Shown here: positions 20,051-29,355 of the stretch, piece after piece
Position numbering within the stretch: the first letter of the stretch is position 1
Layout: each line of letters begins with the position of its first letter
Source: Faecousia sp.
Lineage (GTDB): Bacteria; Bacillota; Clostridia; Oscillospirales; Oscillospiraceae
Length of the DNA: 64,000 bases
Assembly (NCBI GenBank): GCA_045122735.1
Contig: JBGVHZ010000035.1
Coordinates: 7,913 to 71,912, forward strand
Direction: 5' to 3'
Translations under genes and position numbers: made by a program
The notes under the pieces: model-generated
Told to the model about the DNA's origin: nothing
Databases searched by the model: none
The model's input: the letters and a program-made list of their open reading frames with translations, nothing else

Positions 20051-21001
20051 ATGCTTAAGTATACGATCAAACGTGTTCTTCTGCTGATACCCACACTGTT
20101 CATCGTGCTGACCATCGTGTTCTGTCTGATGAAGCTGGTTCCCGGCAGCCCCGTCTACGCAATGACGGAAGGTGAAGAATACACCCCCGAGGAAATCTAC
20201 CAGTTGGAAGAAGAGCTCGGCTTCCACGACCCGATTGTCGTCCAATACGGCCGTTATCTGGCCGGCATTTTCAAGGGCGATTGGGGTAAATCCTACCTGA
20301 ATAACCAGCCGGTGTTTACCAATATGATGAAGATCTGGGAGCCCTCTATCATTATGGCCTTCCTTGCCACCTTCATTACAGTCATCATCGCTTTGCCGGT
20401 AGGTGTGCTTTCCGCTACCCACCGCAACTCTTTACTTGACTATTTTGTATCCTCCGCCTCCACCGTGTCCATGACCATCCCCACGGTGTGCTGGGCGCTG
20501 CTATTGTGTTATTTCCTGGCATATAAACTGGATATCTTCCCCATTATGGGCTATACATATATGGCAAAGGGCAGCTTCTGGAAGTCTGTTTACTGCGTGC
20601 TGCTTCCCAGTATCTCCCTGGGTCTGCACCATGTGGCAAGCATGGCCCGTCTGACCCGTTCCACCATGCTGGATGTTCTGAACCAGGATTACATCCGCAC
20701 CGCAAAGGCCAAGGGACTTCCCCAAAGCAAGATCTATTATAAGCATGCCCTGAAGAACACCCTTTCTCTGGTCGGCACCAACATCGCCACCTCCTTCGCT
20801 GCAGTTCTCGGCGGCTCTGCCATCACCGAGCGTGTGTTCGGTATCCGCAGCTTGGGTACGCTGGCCGTCAGCTCCCTTTCCAGCCGTGACTACACCCAGG
20901 AACAGGCTATTGTTCTTTTCTCCGCACTGATGTGCTTGGGTGTTAATTTGCTTCTGGACTTGTTCTATAAGCTTCTGGATCCCCGGATCCAATACGACTA
21001 A
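20051..21001 (+). CDS. Opp/Dpp-family ABC permease (OppB-like)
   Basis: Multiple TM helices, RSTMLDVLNQDYIRTAKAKG EAA loop, KHALKN. Confidence 0.9.
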   Translation: MLKYTIKRVLLLIPTLFIVLTIVFCLMKLVPGSPVYAMTEGEEYTPEEIYQLEEELGFHDPIVVQYGRYLAGIFKGDWGKSYLNNQPVFTNMMKIWEPSIIMAFLATFITVIIALPVGVLSATHRNSLLDYFVSSASTVSMTIPTVCWALLLCYFLAYKLDIFPIMGYTYMAKGSFWKSVYCVLLPSISLGLHHVASMARLTRSTMLDVLNQDYIRTAKAKGLPQSKIYYKHALKNTLSLVGTNIATSFAAVLGGSAITERVFGIRSLGTLAVSSLSSRDYTQEQAIVLFSALMCLGVNLLLDLFYKLLDPRIQYD

Positions 21002-21015
21002 GGAGGGCGGCTACT

Positions 21016-21861
21016 ATGAGTACATTGCAAAGAAAAAGAATGAAGCCCATGCGCTTCCTTGCCAAATATGGCCGTTTGATCATTGGTGGCACCATTATTG
21101 CACTGATCATCTTCGGCTCCATTTTCGCTCCCTTCCTTACCAAGTACGACCCCGAAGTTTATGACCTTAGCATCCGTAAGCAGCTGCCCAGCGCAGAGCA
21201 TTTGCTGGGTACTGACAACTACGGCCGTGATATGTTCACCCGTATCCTCTACGGTGGACGGACTACCCTGATCGTAGCCTTCGGCTCCAAGCTGCTCGCC
21301 ATTGTCCTTGGCACGGTTTTGGGTCTGATTTGCGGCTACTACAGATACGCTGAAAAGATCCTGATGCGTATTCTGGACGCTATGGCCACCATTCCCAACC
21401 TGCTTTTGTGCCTGATGATGGTCGCTATTTTTGGCGCAGGTACTGTAAACCTGATCATCGCTATGGCCATCGGCGGCATTCCCGGCACAGCCCGAATGGT
21501 CAGAAACCAGGTGCTTTCTCTGAAGGAGAAGGAATACATCGAAAGTGAACATGCTATGGGTGCTTCCGACACCAGAACCATGTTTATGCACATTCTTCCC
21601 TCCTGCACCTCTTATCTGATCGTTTCTTTCTCCTCCGGTCTTGCCGGCGCTGTTCTGAGCATGACCAGTCTTTCCTACCTGGGCCTGGGTCTGAGCCCTG
21701 TTATCCCCAACTGGGGCGGCATGATCAACGAAGCGCAGCACCTGATGTTCGGCACTCCCCACCTGGTCCTCTATCCCGGTATCGCCACTTGCCTGGCCGT
21801 TTTCGGCTTTGCTATGCTGGGCGACGGTGTCCGTGACCTGCTGGATCCCCGCCTGAGATAA
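21016..21861 (+). CDS. Opp/Dpp-family ABC permease (OppC-like)
   Basis: HLLGTDNYGRD, LSYLGLG..P.WG.M, GDGVRDLLDPR. Confidence 0.9.
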   Translation: MSTLQRKRMKPMRFLAKYGRLIIGGTIIALIIFGSIFAPFLTKYDPEVYDLSIRKQLPSAEHLLGTDNYGRDMFTRILYGGRTTLIVAFGSKLLAIVLGTVLGLICGYYRYAEKILMRILDAMATIPNLLLCLMMVAIFGAGTVNLIIAMAIGGIPGTARMVRNQVLSLKEKEYIESEHAMGASDTRTMFMHILPSCTSYLIVSFSSGLAGAVLSMTSLSYLGLGLSPVIPNWGGMINEAQHLMFGTPHLVLYPGIATCLAVFGFAMLGDGVRDLLDPRLR

Positions 21862-21871
21862 GGAGGACACT

Positions 21872-22870
21872 ATGGAAAATATGGATAAAGAAATTACTTT
21901 ACAAGTAGAAAATCTGGAGCTTTGGTTTGACAATGACTACGGCTCCAAGAAGATCCTCAACGGTATCAGCTTTGATATTTATAAGGGCGAGACCCTTGGC
22001 ATCGTGGGCGAATCCGGCTGCGGCAAGAGCGTTACTTCTCTTTCCATCATGCGGCTTCTGCAAAGCCCTCCTGCCCGGATCAAGGGCAGCATCCGCATTG
22101 ACGGCAAGGAGCTGCTGACCCTGACAGAAAAGCAGATGCAGGCCATCCGTGGCAACCGCATCTCCATGATCTTCCAGGAGCCTATGACCAGCCTGAACCC
22201 CCTGTTCTCTATTGGTGATCAGCTGATCGAGACCTTTATGCAGCACCAGGGTCTTTCCAAGTCCGAGGCTTGGGAAAAGGGCATTGAAATGCTGCGTATG
22301 GTTCGTATTCCTCTACCCGAGCAGAGAATGAAGGAATATCCCTATCAGCTGTCCGGCGGTATGCGCCAGAGAGTTATGATCGCTATGGCTCTTGCCTGCC
22401 GCCCCGAGCTGCTGATCGCTGACGAGCCTACCACTGCACTGGATGTTACCATTCAGGCTCAGGTGCTGGATCTGATGCGGAATCTGCAGAAGGAAATGGG
22501 TACCTCCATCGCTTTCATCACCCACGACCTGGGCGTTGTCAGCGAAATGTGTAACCGCGTGATCGTTCTGTACTGTGGCGAAGTGGTGGAAGAAGCTACC
22601 ACCAGAGAGCTGTTCAAAAATCCCATGCACCCCTACACTGAAGGTCTTTTGGGCACACTTCCCAAGTTTGGCCTGAAGGGCCGCCTGGACACCATCCCCG
22701 GTGTTGTTCCCCCCGCAGGCAAGTTCCCCAGCGGTTGTGTGTTCGCACCCCGCTGCAAGTATGCCACTGAAAAGTGCCACGCCTGCAAGCCTGCACTGTG
22801 CGCTACCAACGAAGAAGGTCATAGAGTCCGCTGCTTCCGCTATAACGACATGGAACAGGAGGTAAAGTAA
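21872..22870 (+). CDS. Opp/Dpp ABC ATPase (OppD-like)
   Basis: [29 protein letters not shown]-terminal Cys cluster. Confidence 0.92.
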   Translation: MENMDKEITLQVENLELWFDNDYGSKKILNGISFDIYKGETLGIVGESGCGKSVTSLSIMRLLQSPPARIKGSIRIDGKELLTLTEKQMQAIRGNRISMIFQEPMTSLNPLFSIGDQLIETFMQHQGLSKSEAWEKGIEMLRMVRIPLPEQRMKEYPYQLSGGMRQRVMIAMALACRPELLIADEPTTALDVTIQAQVLDLMRNLQKEMGTSIAFITHDLGVVSEMCNRVIVLYCGEVVEEATTRELFKNPMHPYTEGLLGTLPKFGLKGRLDTIPGVVPPAGKFPSGCVFAPRCKYATEKCHACKPALCATNEEGHRVRCFRYNDMEQEVK

Positions 22871-22871
22871 A

Positions 22872-23867
22872 ATGGAACAGAATAAAGAAGTCCTGCTCCA
22901 GGTAACCGACCTCGTTAAGTGGTTCCCTGTCAAAAAGTGGTTCTTTGAAAAGCCTGCAAATGTTAAGGCTGTAGACGGCGTTTCCTTTGATGTCTACAAG
23001 GGTGAGACCCTGGGCATTGCCGGTGAATCCGGCTGCGGCAAGAGTACCCTGCTGCGTACGCTGCTGCGTCTGATCCAGCCCACCTCCGGCACTCTGCACT
23101 ACGATGGTGTGGATATCACCCATATGCGCAAGAAGGATCTGCGTAAGATCCGCCAGCATATGCAGATCGTTTTCCAGGATCCCTTCAGCGCCTTGGACGG
23201 CCGTATGAAGGTAGGCAAGATCATCGAAGAGCCCCTGATCATCAATGGTCTCTTCCCCGACAAAAAAGAGCGTATGGCAAGAGTTGCCCAGCTGATGGAG
23301 CAGGTGGGTCTGGATGCCTCCTATATGGATCGCTATCCCCACGAATTCTCCGGCGGTCAGCGTCAGAGAATCGTTATCGCCCGTGCCCTTGCCACCAATC
23401 CCCAGCTGCTGGTTTGTGACGAAGCTGTTTCTGCATTGGATGTTTCCGTCCGCGCCCAGGTGCTGAACCTGCTGGCTGACCTGCAGGAAGAGCTGCAGCT
23501 GACCTATCTGTTCATCTCCCACGACCTGTCCGTTATCGAGCACATCTGTGACCGTGTGGCCATTATGTACTTAGGCAAGATCGTGGAGATCGGCGACAAG
23601 GACGACATCTTCAATAACCCCCAGCACCCCTATACCAAGGCGTTGCTGTCCGCTATCCCCAAGGTCGGCGAATTTGATCGCACTGACCGGATCATCATCG
23701 AAGGTGACATTCCCAGCCCCGTCAATCCCCCCTCCGGCTGCCGGTTCCACACCCGTTGCCCCTATGCTACGGAAACCTGCAAGACCGATCCCCCTGTAGC
23801 CGATCTTGGCAACGGCCATATGGTGGCCTGCCATCTGTGCTGCGGCTGTGTCACAGAAGCCAAATGA
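22872..23867 (+). CDS. Opp/Dpp ABC ATPase (OppF-like)
   Basis: [34 protein letters not shown]. Confidence 0.92.
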   Translation: MEQNKEVLLQVTDLVKWFPVKKWFFEKPANVKAVDGVSFDVYKGETLGIAGESGCGKSTLLRTLLRLIQPTSGTLHYDGVDITHMRKKDLRKIRQHMQIVFQDPFSALDGRMKVGKIIEEPLIINGLFPDKKERMARVAQLMEQVGLDASYMDRYPHEFSGGQRQRIVIARALATNPQLLVCDEAVSALDVSVRAQVLNLLADLQEELQLTYLFISHDLSVIEHICDRVAIMYLGKIVEIGDKDDIFNNPQHPYTKALLSAIPKVGEFDRTDRIIIEGDIPSPVNPPSGCRFHTRCPYATETCKTDPPVADLGNGHMVACHLCCGCVTEAK

Positions 23868-23954
23868 TCCCCGGGCATAAATACTGCCCACATTCTATGT
23901 AAGTAATGCCGCTTTGCGGCTTACTGAATATTAAAAAAATGGAGGAAAAAAACG

Positions 23955-25547
23955 ATGAAAAAACTGCTTGCATTGTTGCTGGCTGCTCTGATGCTTATGT
24001 CTTTGGCAGCTTGCGGCGCCAACGGAAAAGGTGGCGGCGGCGCTACCGCTGCTGAGCCCCAGTACGGTGGTCACCTGAACCTTTGCATTTACAACAACCC
24101 CTCTTACCTTGACCCCGCAAAGTCCACCGGTGTTTGGAACTATCTGTGGACCAGCCTGATCTTTGAATCCCCCCTGACCAGAGACGCAGAGGGCAACATC
24201 CGTCCTGCTGTTTGTGACTACGAACTGTCTGAAGACCAGCTGACCCTGAAGCTGTGGGTTCGTGAAGGCATGACCTTCCACGATGGCTCCCCCGTTGAGA
24301 TCGAAGACGTTGTTGCTTCCGTAAAGCGCGCCGTTCACAAGTCTCCCCGTGAATTCGTTGCCGGCTACATCAAGGATGTCCAGATCGACGGCAAGGTTGC
24401 AACCTTCACCTTCAAGGAATACGCCGAAAAGACCATGTACTACATTGCCTGTGTCAACCCCTTCATCGGCGTTATGCCCAAGGAACTGGCAGAAGAGTAC
24501 AGCTACGAATCCAAGAACTTCATCGCTGATGTAGAAGACTGCATCGGCACCGGCCCCTACAAGGTTTCTGACTTCGAGCCTCAGGTAAAGGTTGAACTGG
24601 TTCGTCACGATGGCTATATTCCCACCACCGGTGACTACACCGGCTTTGCTGCTCCCAAGATGGCTTATATGGACTCCATCACCATCAATGCCAACACCGA
24701 AGCCGCCACCTCCACCATGGCTCTGCTGAATGGTGACCTGGACGTCTTCTCCGGCATTAGCTCCGACTTCGACGCACAGGTTGCAGCTGCCGGCTTGAAG
24801 GAACTGGTCAAGGACGGCACCACCGGTGCTACCCTGCAGTTCAACACCTTCGGTGGCAGCATCGTTAACACCAGCGCTGATATGCGTAAGGCTATTGTTG
24901 CCGCTATCGACCTGGACGCACTGGTAAGCTTCATGTCCGACGGCAAGAGAACAAAGGCCGGTGCCTGCCCCGTATTCGACGAAGCCTACTATGTAGACTA
25001 CTTTGAAAAGGCTGACTACATGGGTCCTGCCAACATTGCTCTTTCCAAGGAATATCAGGAAAAAGCCGGCTACAACGGTGAAAAGCTGACCCTGACCATG
25101 CCCAGCTCCTACGACGACGTTGCTACCCTCTGCGCCGGCTGGATGAAGGACGCAGGTATCGATGTGGAGATCAAGATGGTTGAATCCGCCGCTTGGGGCG
25201 AACTGTTCAATGACCCCGCAGGCGATTGGCTCTTCACCTGGACCAACCCCTCTCTGAACAACACCCCCACTCTGCTGGCTACCAACCTGATGACCACCAA
25301 CTACAACAATCCTGAAAAGGATGAGCTGTACTATAAGCTGCAGGGTCTGATGGTCGGCTCCGATGAGTACATCGAGACCTGGCAGCAGCTGGCCAAGATG
25401 ATGGTCAACGACTGCCCCACCGTTTACGTCAGCCAGGGCGAAATGACCTGGACCCACGATCCCGATCTGGTTTGGGACTATGACGGCAGAAATATCTACT
25501 TCCACAATGCTTACTGGGCAAATCCCGCTGAGCACGGCAAGAAGTAA
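23955..25547 (+). CDS. Family-5 ABC substrate-binding lipoprotein
   Basis: Lipobox LAAC, TFHDG, IGTGPYK. Confidence 0.88.
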   Translation: MKKLLALLLAALMLMSLAACGANGKGGGGATAAEPQYGGHLNLCIYNNPSYLDPAKSTGVWNYLWTSLIFESPLTRDAEGNIRPAVCDYELSEDQLTLKLWVREGMTFHDGSPVEIEDVVASVKRAVHKSPREFVAGYIKDVQIDGKVATFTFKEYAEKTMYYIACVNPFIGVMPKELAEEYSYESKNFIADVEDCIGTGPYKVSDFEPQVKVELVRHDGYIPTTGDYTGFAAPKMAYMDSITINANTEAATSTMALLNGDLDVFSGISSDFDAQVAAAGLKELVKDGTTGATLQFNTFGGSIVNTSADMRKAIVAAIDLDALVSFMSDGKRTKAGACPVFDEAYYVDYFEKADYMGPANIALSKEYQEKAGYNGEKLTLTMPSSYDDVATLCAGWMKDAGIDVEIKMVESAAWGELFNDPAGDWLFTWTNPSLNNTPTLLATNLMTTNYNNPEKDELYYKLQGLMVGSDEYIETWQQLAKMMVNDCPTVYVSQGEMTWTHDPDLVWDYDGRNIYFHNAYWANPAEHGKK

Positions 25548-25577
25548 TTCCGCCAAGCATTAAACGCATAAATATGT

Positions 25578-25605
25578 ATCCGCCCACCCACCTGGGTGGG
25601 CGGAT
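25578..25605 (+). terminator. Intrinsic terminator after ABC operon
   Basis: ATCCGCCCACCC-ACCT-GGGTGGGCGGAT hairpin. Confidence 0.65.
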
Positions 25606-25720
25606 ATTCTATGCAGATGCCACGAAAGCCGGCAAAAGCTACAGATTTTACCTGTTTTCGTGACCTCTGCGAATCTATTAAAAAATACAACCGTCCCCCT
25701 TTTTTGAAAGAAGTGACTTT

Positions 25721-26995
25721 ATGCAACAGAACAAAATTGAAACCAACGGTGCAAGAAAATACTGGATCGTAGCTGTCTGCGCCCTGATGGTGTGCATCAG
25801 CTTGGGCTTTTGCAGCAGCAACGCAAGTCTTTACTTAGGTCCTATCACCGATGCGCTGCACATTAAACGCAGCGTGTTTTCCCTGAAGGAAAGCTGCCGC
25901 TTTATTGCCAATGCGATCATTAACCTTTTCTTTGGTTTTCTGATCTGCAAATTCGGTGCAAAGAAGCTGATCGCAGCGGGCTTTGCCTGCCTGATCAGCG
26001 CTGTGCTGCTCTATGCTACCTCCACAAATGTGCTGGGCTTTTACCTTGGCGGCACACTTTTGGGCATCGGCTTTTCCTGGACCACTACCACCATGGTCAG
26101 CTACCTGGTAAATCGCTGGTTTGACAAAAACAGAGGTACTATCAACGGTCTGATCCTCTGCGCCAACGGCCTTGGCGGCGCCATCGCAGCACAAATCGTT
26201 ACCCCCATTATTTACCAGAAGGACAATCTCTTCGGCTATCGGGATGCCTACTATCTGGTGGCCATTTTGCTGGTAATCGTGGGTGTGCTTTCCGTGCTGG
26301 TTATTGGTGAGCCAAAGGGCAAACGACCCCAAACCGCCGGCAAAAAGCAGGCCCGGGGCGGCACTTGGAGTGGCATTACCCTCCAGCAGGCCCTTCGTCA
26401 GCCTTATTTCTATGCTGCCGCAGTGGGTGTATTCCTGACGGGTATGAGCCTGCAGGGCATCAACGGTGTGGGCGGCGCCCACCTTCGGGATGTGGGCATC
26501 AACACGGACTTTGTTGCCACGGTGCTGAGCCTGCACTCCATCATCCTTTGCGGCTCCAAATTCTTGGCAGGTATCAGCTATGACAAGCTGGGACTGCGCA
26601 CCACCTTGCTGATCTGTCAGGGCTTTGCCCTTGTTTCCTTTATTGCCTTGGCGCTGGCGGGCAGTTCTGCCTTCGGCATGGGCTGCGCCGCAGTATGGGC
26701 AGCCACTTCTTCCCTGGCGCTGCCTTTGGAAACAGTTATGCTCCCCCTGATCACTGCCGACCTCTTTGGCGAAAAGGATTTTCCCAAACTGGTAGGTATC
26801 ATCGTTTCTTTGAATGTATCCGGCTACGCAGTGGGTACGCCCCTTGTAAACCTGCTGTTTGATCTGACCGGTACTTATATGAGTATGCTCTATATCATTG
26901 TGCCTACGGTCATCGCTTTGATGGTGGCCTTCGTGCTGATTATCCGTGCTGCCCACAAGCTCCGCGATGAAATTTCCAAGGAGGAAAACCAATGA
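25721..26995 (+). CDS. MFS transporter
   Basis: About 12 hydrophobic segments, NRWFDKNRG and DKLGLR loop motifs. Confidence 0.85.
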   Translation: MQQNKIETNGARKYWIVAVCALMVCISLGFCSSNASLYLGPITDALHIKRSVFSLKESCRFIANAIINLFFGFLICKFGAKKLIAAGFACLISAVLLYATSTNVLGFYLGGTLLGIGFSWTTTTMVSYLVNRWFDKNRGTINGLILCANGLGGAIAAQIVTPIIYQKDNLFGYRDAYYLVAILLVIVGVLSVLVIGEPKGKRPQTAGKKQARGGTWSGITLQQALRQPYFYAAAVGVFLTGMSLQGINGVGGAHLRDVGINTDFVATVLSLHSIILCGSKFLAGISYDKLGLRTTLLICQGFALVSFIALALAGSSAFGMGCAAVWAATSSLALPLETVMLPLITADLFGEKDFPKLVGIIVSLNVSGYAVGTPLVNLLFDLTGTYMSMLYIIVPTVIALMVAFVLIIRAAHKLRDEISKEENQ

Positions 26996-27372
26996 ATGTT
27001 TGGGGTTATTTGATCATCGGTATTTTTCTGGTCACCGCCTTTATCATCGTTCTGACCCTGCTTTACAACGCAGGTATGATGTATTTTGCCAGTAAATTCG
27101 CCCGGGACACCATCAATAAGCAGCTAAAACTTTTGAACAAGGAGCTTCCCGGCAAAAACTGCGGCCAGTGTGGCTGTGAAAGCTGCATTGCCTATGCCCA
27201 CGCTGTGTTCACCTGCCATAAAGAGGCTGATCTTTGTGTCCCCGGCGGGGAAAAAGTGGCAACAAAATTAAAGGCCCATATGGATTCTTTTGATAAGCTC
27301 CTTCGTGCAGAAGAGGAACGAAAGGAAAAGGACTGGGTCAAGCAGATGGAAGAAAGCCGTCCCCGGGATTGA
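26992..27372 (+). CDS. Small membrane-anchored Fe-S protein (RnfB N-terminal FeS domain only)
   Basis: N-terminal TM helix, LPGKNCGQCGCESC..YA...CVPGG; no ferredoxin domains; ATGA overlap with MFS. Confidence 0.75.
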   Translation: MNVWGYLIIGIFLVTAFIIVLTLLYNAGMMYFASKFARDTINKQLKLLNKELPGKNCGQCGCESCIAYAHAVFTCHKEADLCVPGGEKVATKLKAHMDSFDKLLRAEEERKEKDWVKQMEESRPRD

Positions 27373-27387
27373 GAAAGGAGATTACAC

Positions 27388-29340
27388 ATGACTTCTCACA
27401 GAATTCGTATTGGTAAGCTGGGCAATGACCCCACCGTTGCCTTTGCCGTTGAAGAGTTGACCCGTTACTTAAAAAAGATGGACGCAGGCCTGGAAGTGGA
27501 TATCCTGCTCTCCGATGCCTATAAAGCATCCTTCCCCCGAATCATTTGGGTGGGTATGGACGCTGCCTTTGAGGTACCTCAGGTAGAAAATCCCTATTTA
27601 GACGATGCCATTTCCATTCAGGTGGAGAATGACAACGGCTATATCACCGGCTCCAATCCCCGCAGTGTGCTGATCGGTGTGTACCGTTTCCTGCAGGAGC
27701 TGGGCTGCTACTGGGCAAGACCCTCTGCCGCAGGCGAGCGCATCCCCAAAAAGCATCTGGAAAACCTTTCCGCGCAGGTAAAGGAAGCTGCCAGCTACCG
27801 CCACAGAGGTGTGTGCATTGAAGGCGCCACCTCCTACGAAAATATTCTGGATATGATGGATTTCCTACCCAAGGTAGGGATGAACGCCTTCTTCTTTGAG
27901 CATTTTGAGCCCCTGATCTTCTTTAGACGCTGGTATAATCACAAGAGCAATCCTCATCTGGATGCAGAATCTGTGTCCACGGAAGAGATCCTTGCTATGC
28001 TGGCAGCTCTGGAAGGGGAAATGGCCAAGCGGGGCATTCTTTATCACAAGACCGGTCACGGCTGGACCTGCCAGCCCTTTGGTCTGGATGGCACTTCCTG
28101 GGGTGCGCAAGGCGAGAAGCCTCTGCCCGAAGGCATTGAAAAATACTTTGCCAAAATCAATGGCGTTCGCCAGCTTCACGATGGCATTCCTCTGAACACC
28201 AATATGTGCTATTCCCAGAAGGAAGTCCGTCAGATCATGACCGACGCCATTGTCACCTATTGCAAGGAACATCCCAATGTGGATTTTCTGCACTATTGGC
28301 TCTCTGACGGTGTAAATAACCACTGCGAGTGCGAAGAGTGCGTAAAAATGCTGCCCTCCGATTGGTTTATTCTGCTGCTGAACGATTTGGATGCAGCTAT
28401 GACAGAAGCCGGATTGGATACCAAGGTGGTATTCCTGCTGTATGTGGACCTTCTGTGGGCCCCGGAAAAGCTGAAGCTTGTGAACCCGGATCGGTTCATC
28501 CTTATGTTTGCCCCCATTACCCGAAATTACGGTCAGAACTACGACCAGCACCTGACTTACGACGGTCCTCTGCCGGAATTCAAGCGGAACCATCTGGATT
28601 TCGCCAACTCTTTGGCCATCAACCTTGCCCAGCTGCGGCAATGGCAAAAGCAATTTAAGGGCGACAGTTTTGTTTACGAATATCATTTGATGTATGCTCA
28701 CTTCAATGATCCGGGCTACGAATATTGCGCCCGGAACACCTTTGAGGATATGAAGCATCTTCGTTCCATCGGCATCAACGGCAATATCAGCTGCCAGCTG
28801 ATGCGCTGCTTCTTCCCCTCCGCTCTGCCCATGCAAATGATGGCAGCTGCCCTTTGGAACCGGGATGCAGACTATGATACCAAGGCACGGCAGTACTATC
28901 TGTCCGCCTTTGGCCCTGACGGCGAAAAAGTGCAGGCTTATCTGCAGACCATCTCCCGTCTGTTTGCCATCTATGAAGGTCCTTCTCACGGCAACGGTGC
29001 AAAGATCACCGGTGATCTGGTGACAGATTATGCAGCGCTTGAGAAGTGCCTTGCAGACTTTGCCCCCATCATTGATGCTCACGCAGAAGTATCTGCTCCC
29101 TGGCAGAAAGATTGGCAGTACCTGCAGATCCACGCAGAATATGTGCGCAACCTTGCAAAGGTACTTCAGCTGACACAGAATGCAGATTATGAGGGTGCAA
29201 AGGCAGAAATTGCCAATATGATCGACCACATCAATCGCCACGAGCTTTTCATTCAGAAAACTATGGACGGCAACAAGGCAAAGATGCACTGGGAGCGCCG
29301 TTTAGATCCCAAGAAGTGTCTTTCTACCGACGTTATGTAA
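27388..29340 (+). CDS. DUF4838-like putative glycoside hydrolase
   Basis: AFAVEELTRYL, ITGSNPRSVLIGVYRFL..LGC.W N-terminal domain, HRGVCIEGA, CYS, CECEEC; no signal peptide. Confidence 0.65.
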   Translation: MTSHRIRIGKLGNDPTVAFAVEELTRYLKKMDAGLEVDILLSDAYKASFPRIIWVGMDAAFEVPQVENPYLDDAISIQVENDNGYITGSNPRSVLIGVYRFLQELGCYWARPSAAGERIPKKHLENLSAQVKEAASYRHRGVCIEGATSYENILDMMDFLPKVGMNAFFFEHFEPLIFFRRWYNHKSNPHLDAESVSTEEILAMLAALEGEMAKRGILYHKTGHGWTCQPFGLDGTSWGAQGEKPLPEGIEKYFAKINGVRQLHDGIPLNTNMCYSQKEVRQIMTDAIVTYCKEHPNVDFLHYWLSDGVNNHCECEECVKMLPSDWFILLLNDLDAAMTEAGLDTKVVFLLYVDLLWAPEKLKLVNPDRFILMFAPITRNYGQNYDQHLTYDGPLPEFKRNHLDFANSLAINLAQLRQWQKQFKGDSFVYEYHLMYAHFNDPGYEYCARNTFEDMKHLRSIGINGNISCQLMRCFFPSALPMQMMAAALWNRDADYDTKARQYYLSAFGPDGEKVQAYLQTISRLFAIYEGPSHGNGAKITGDLVTDYAALEKCLADFAPIIDAHAEVSAPWQKDWQYLQIHAEYVRNLAKVLQLTQNADYEGAKAEIANMIDHINRHELFIQKTMDGNKAKMHWERRLDPKKCLSTDVM

Positions 29341-29355
29341 GCTGCAGGAGGAACT

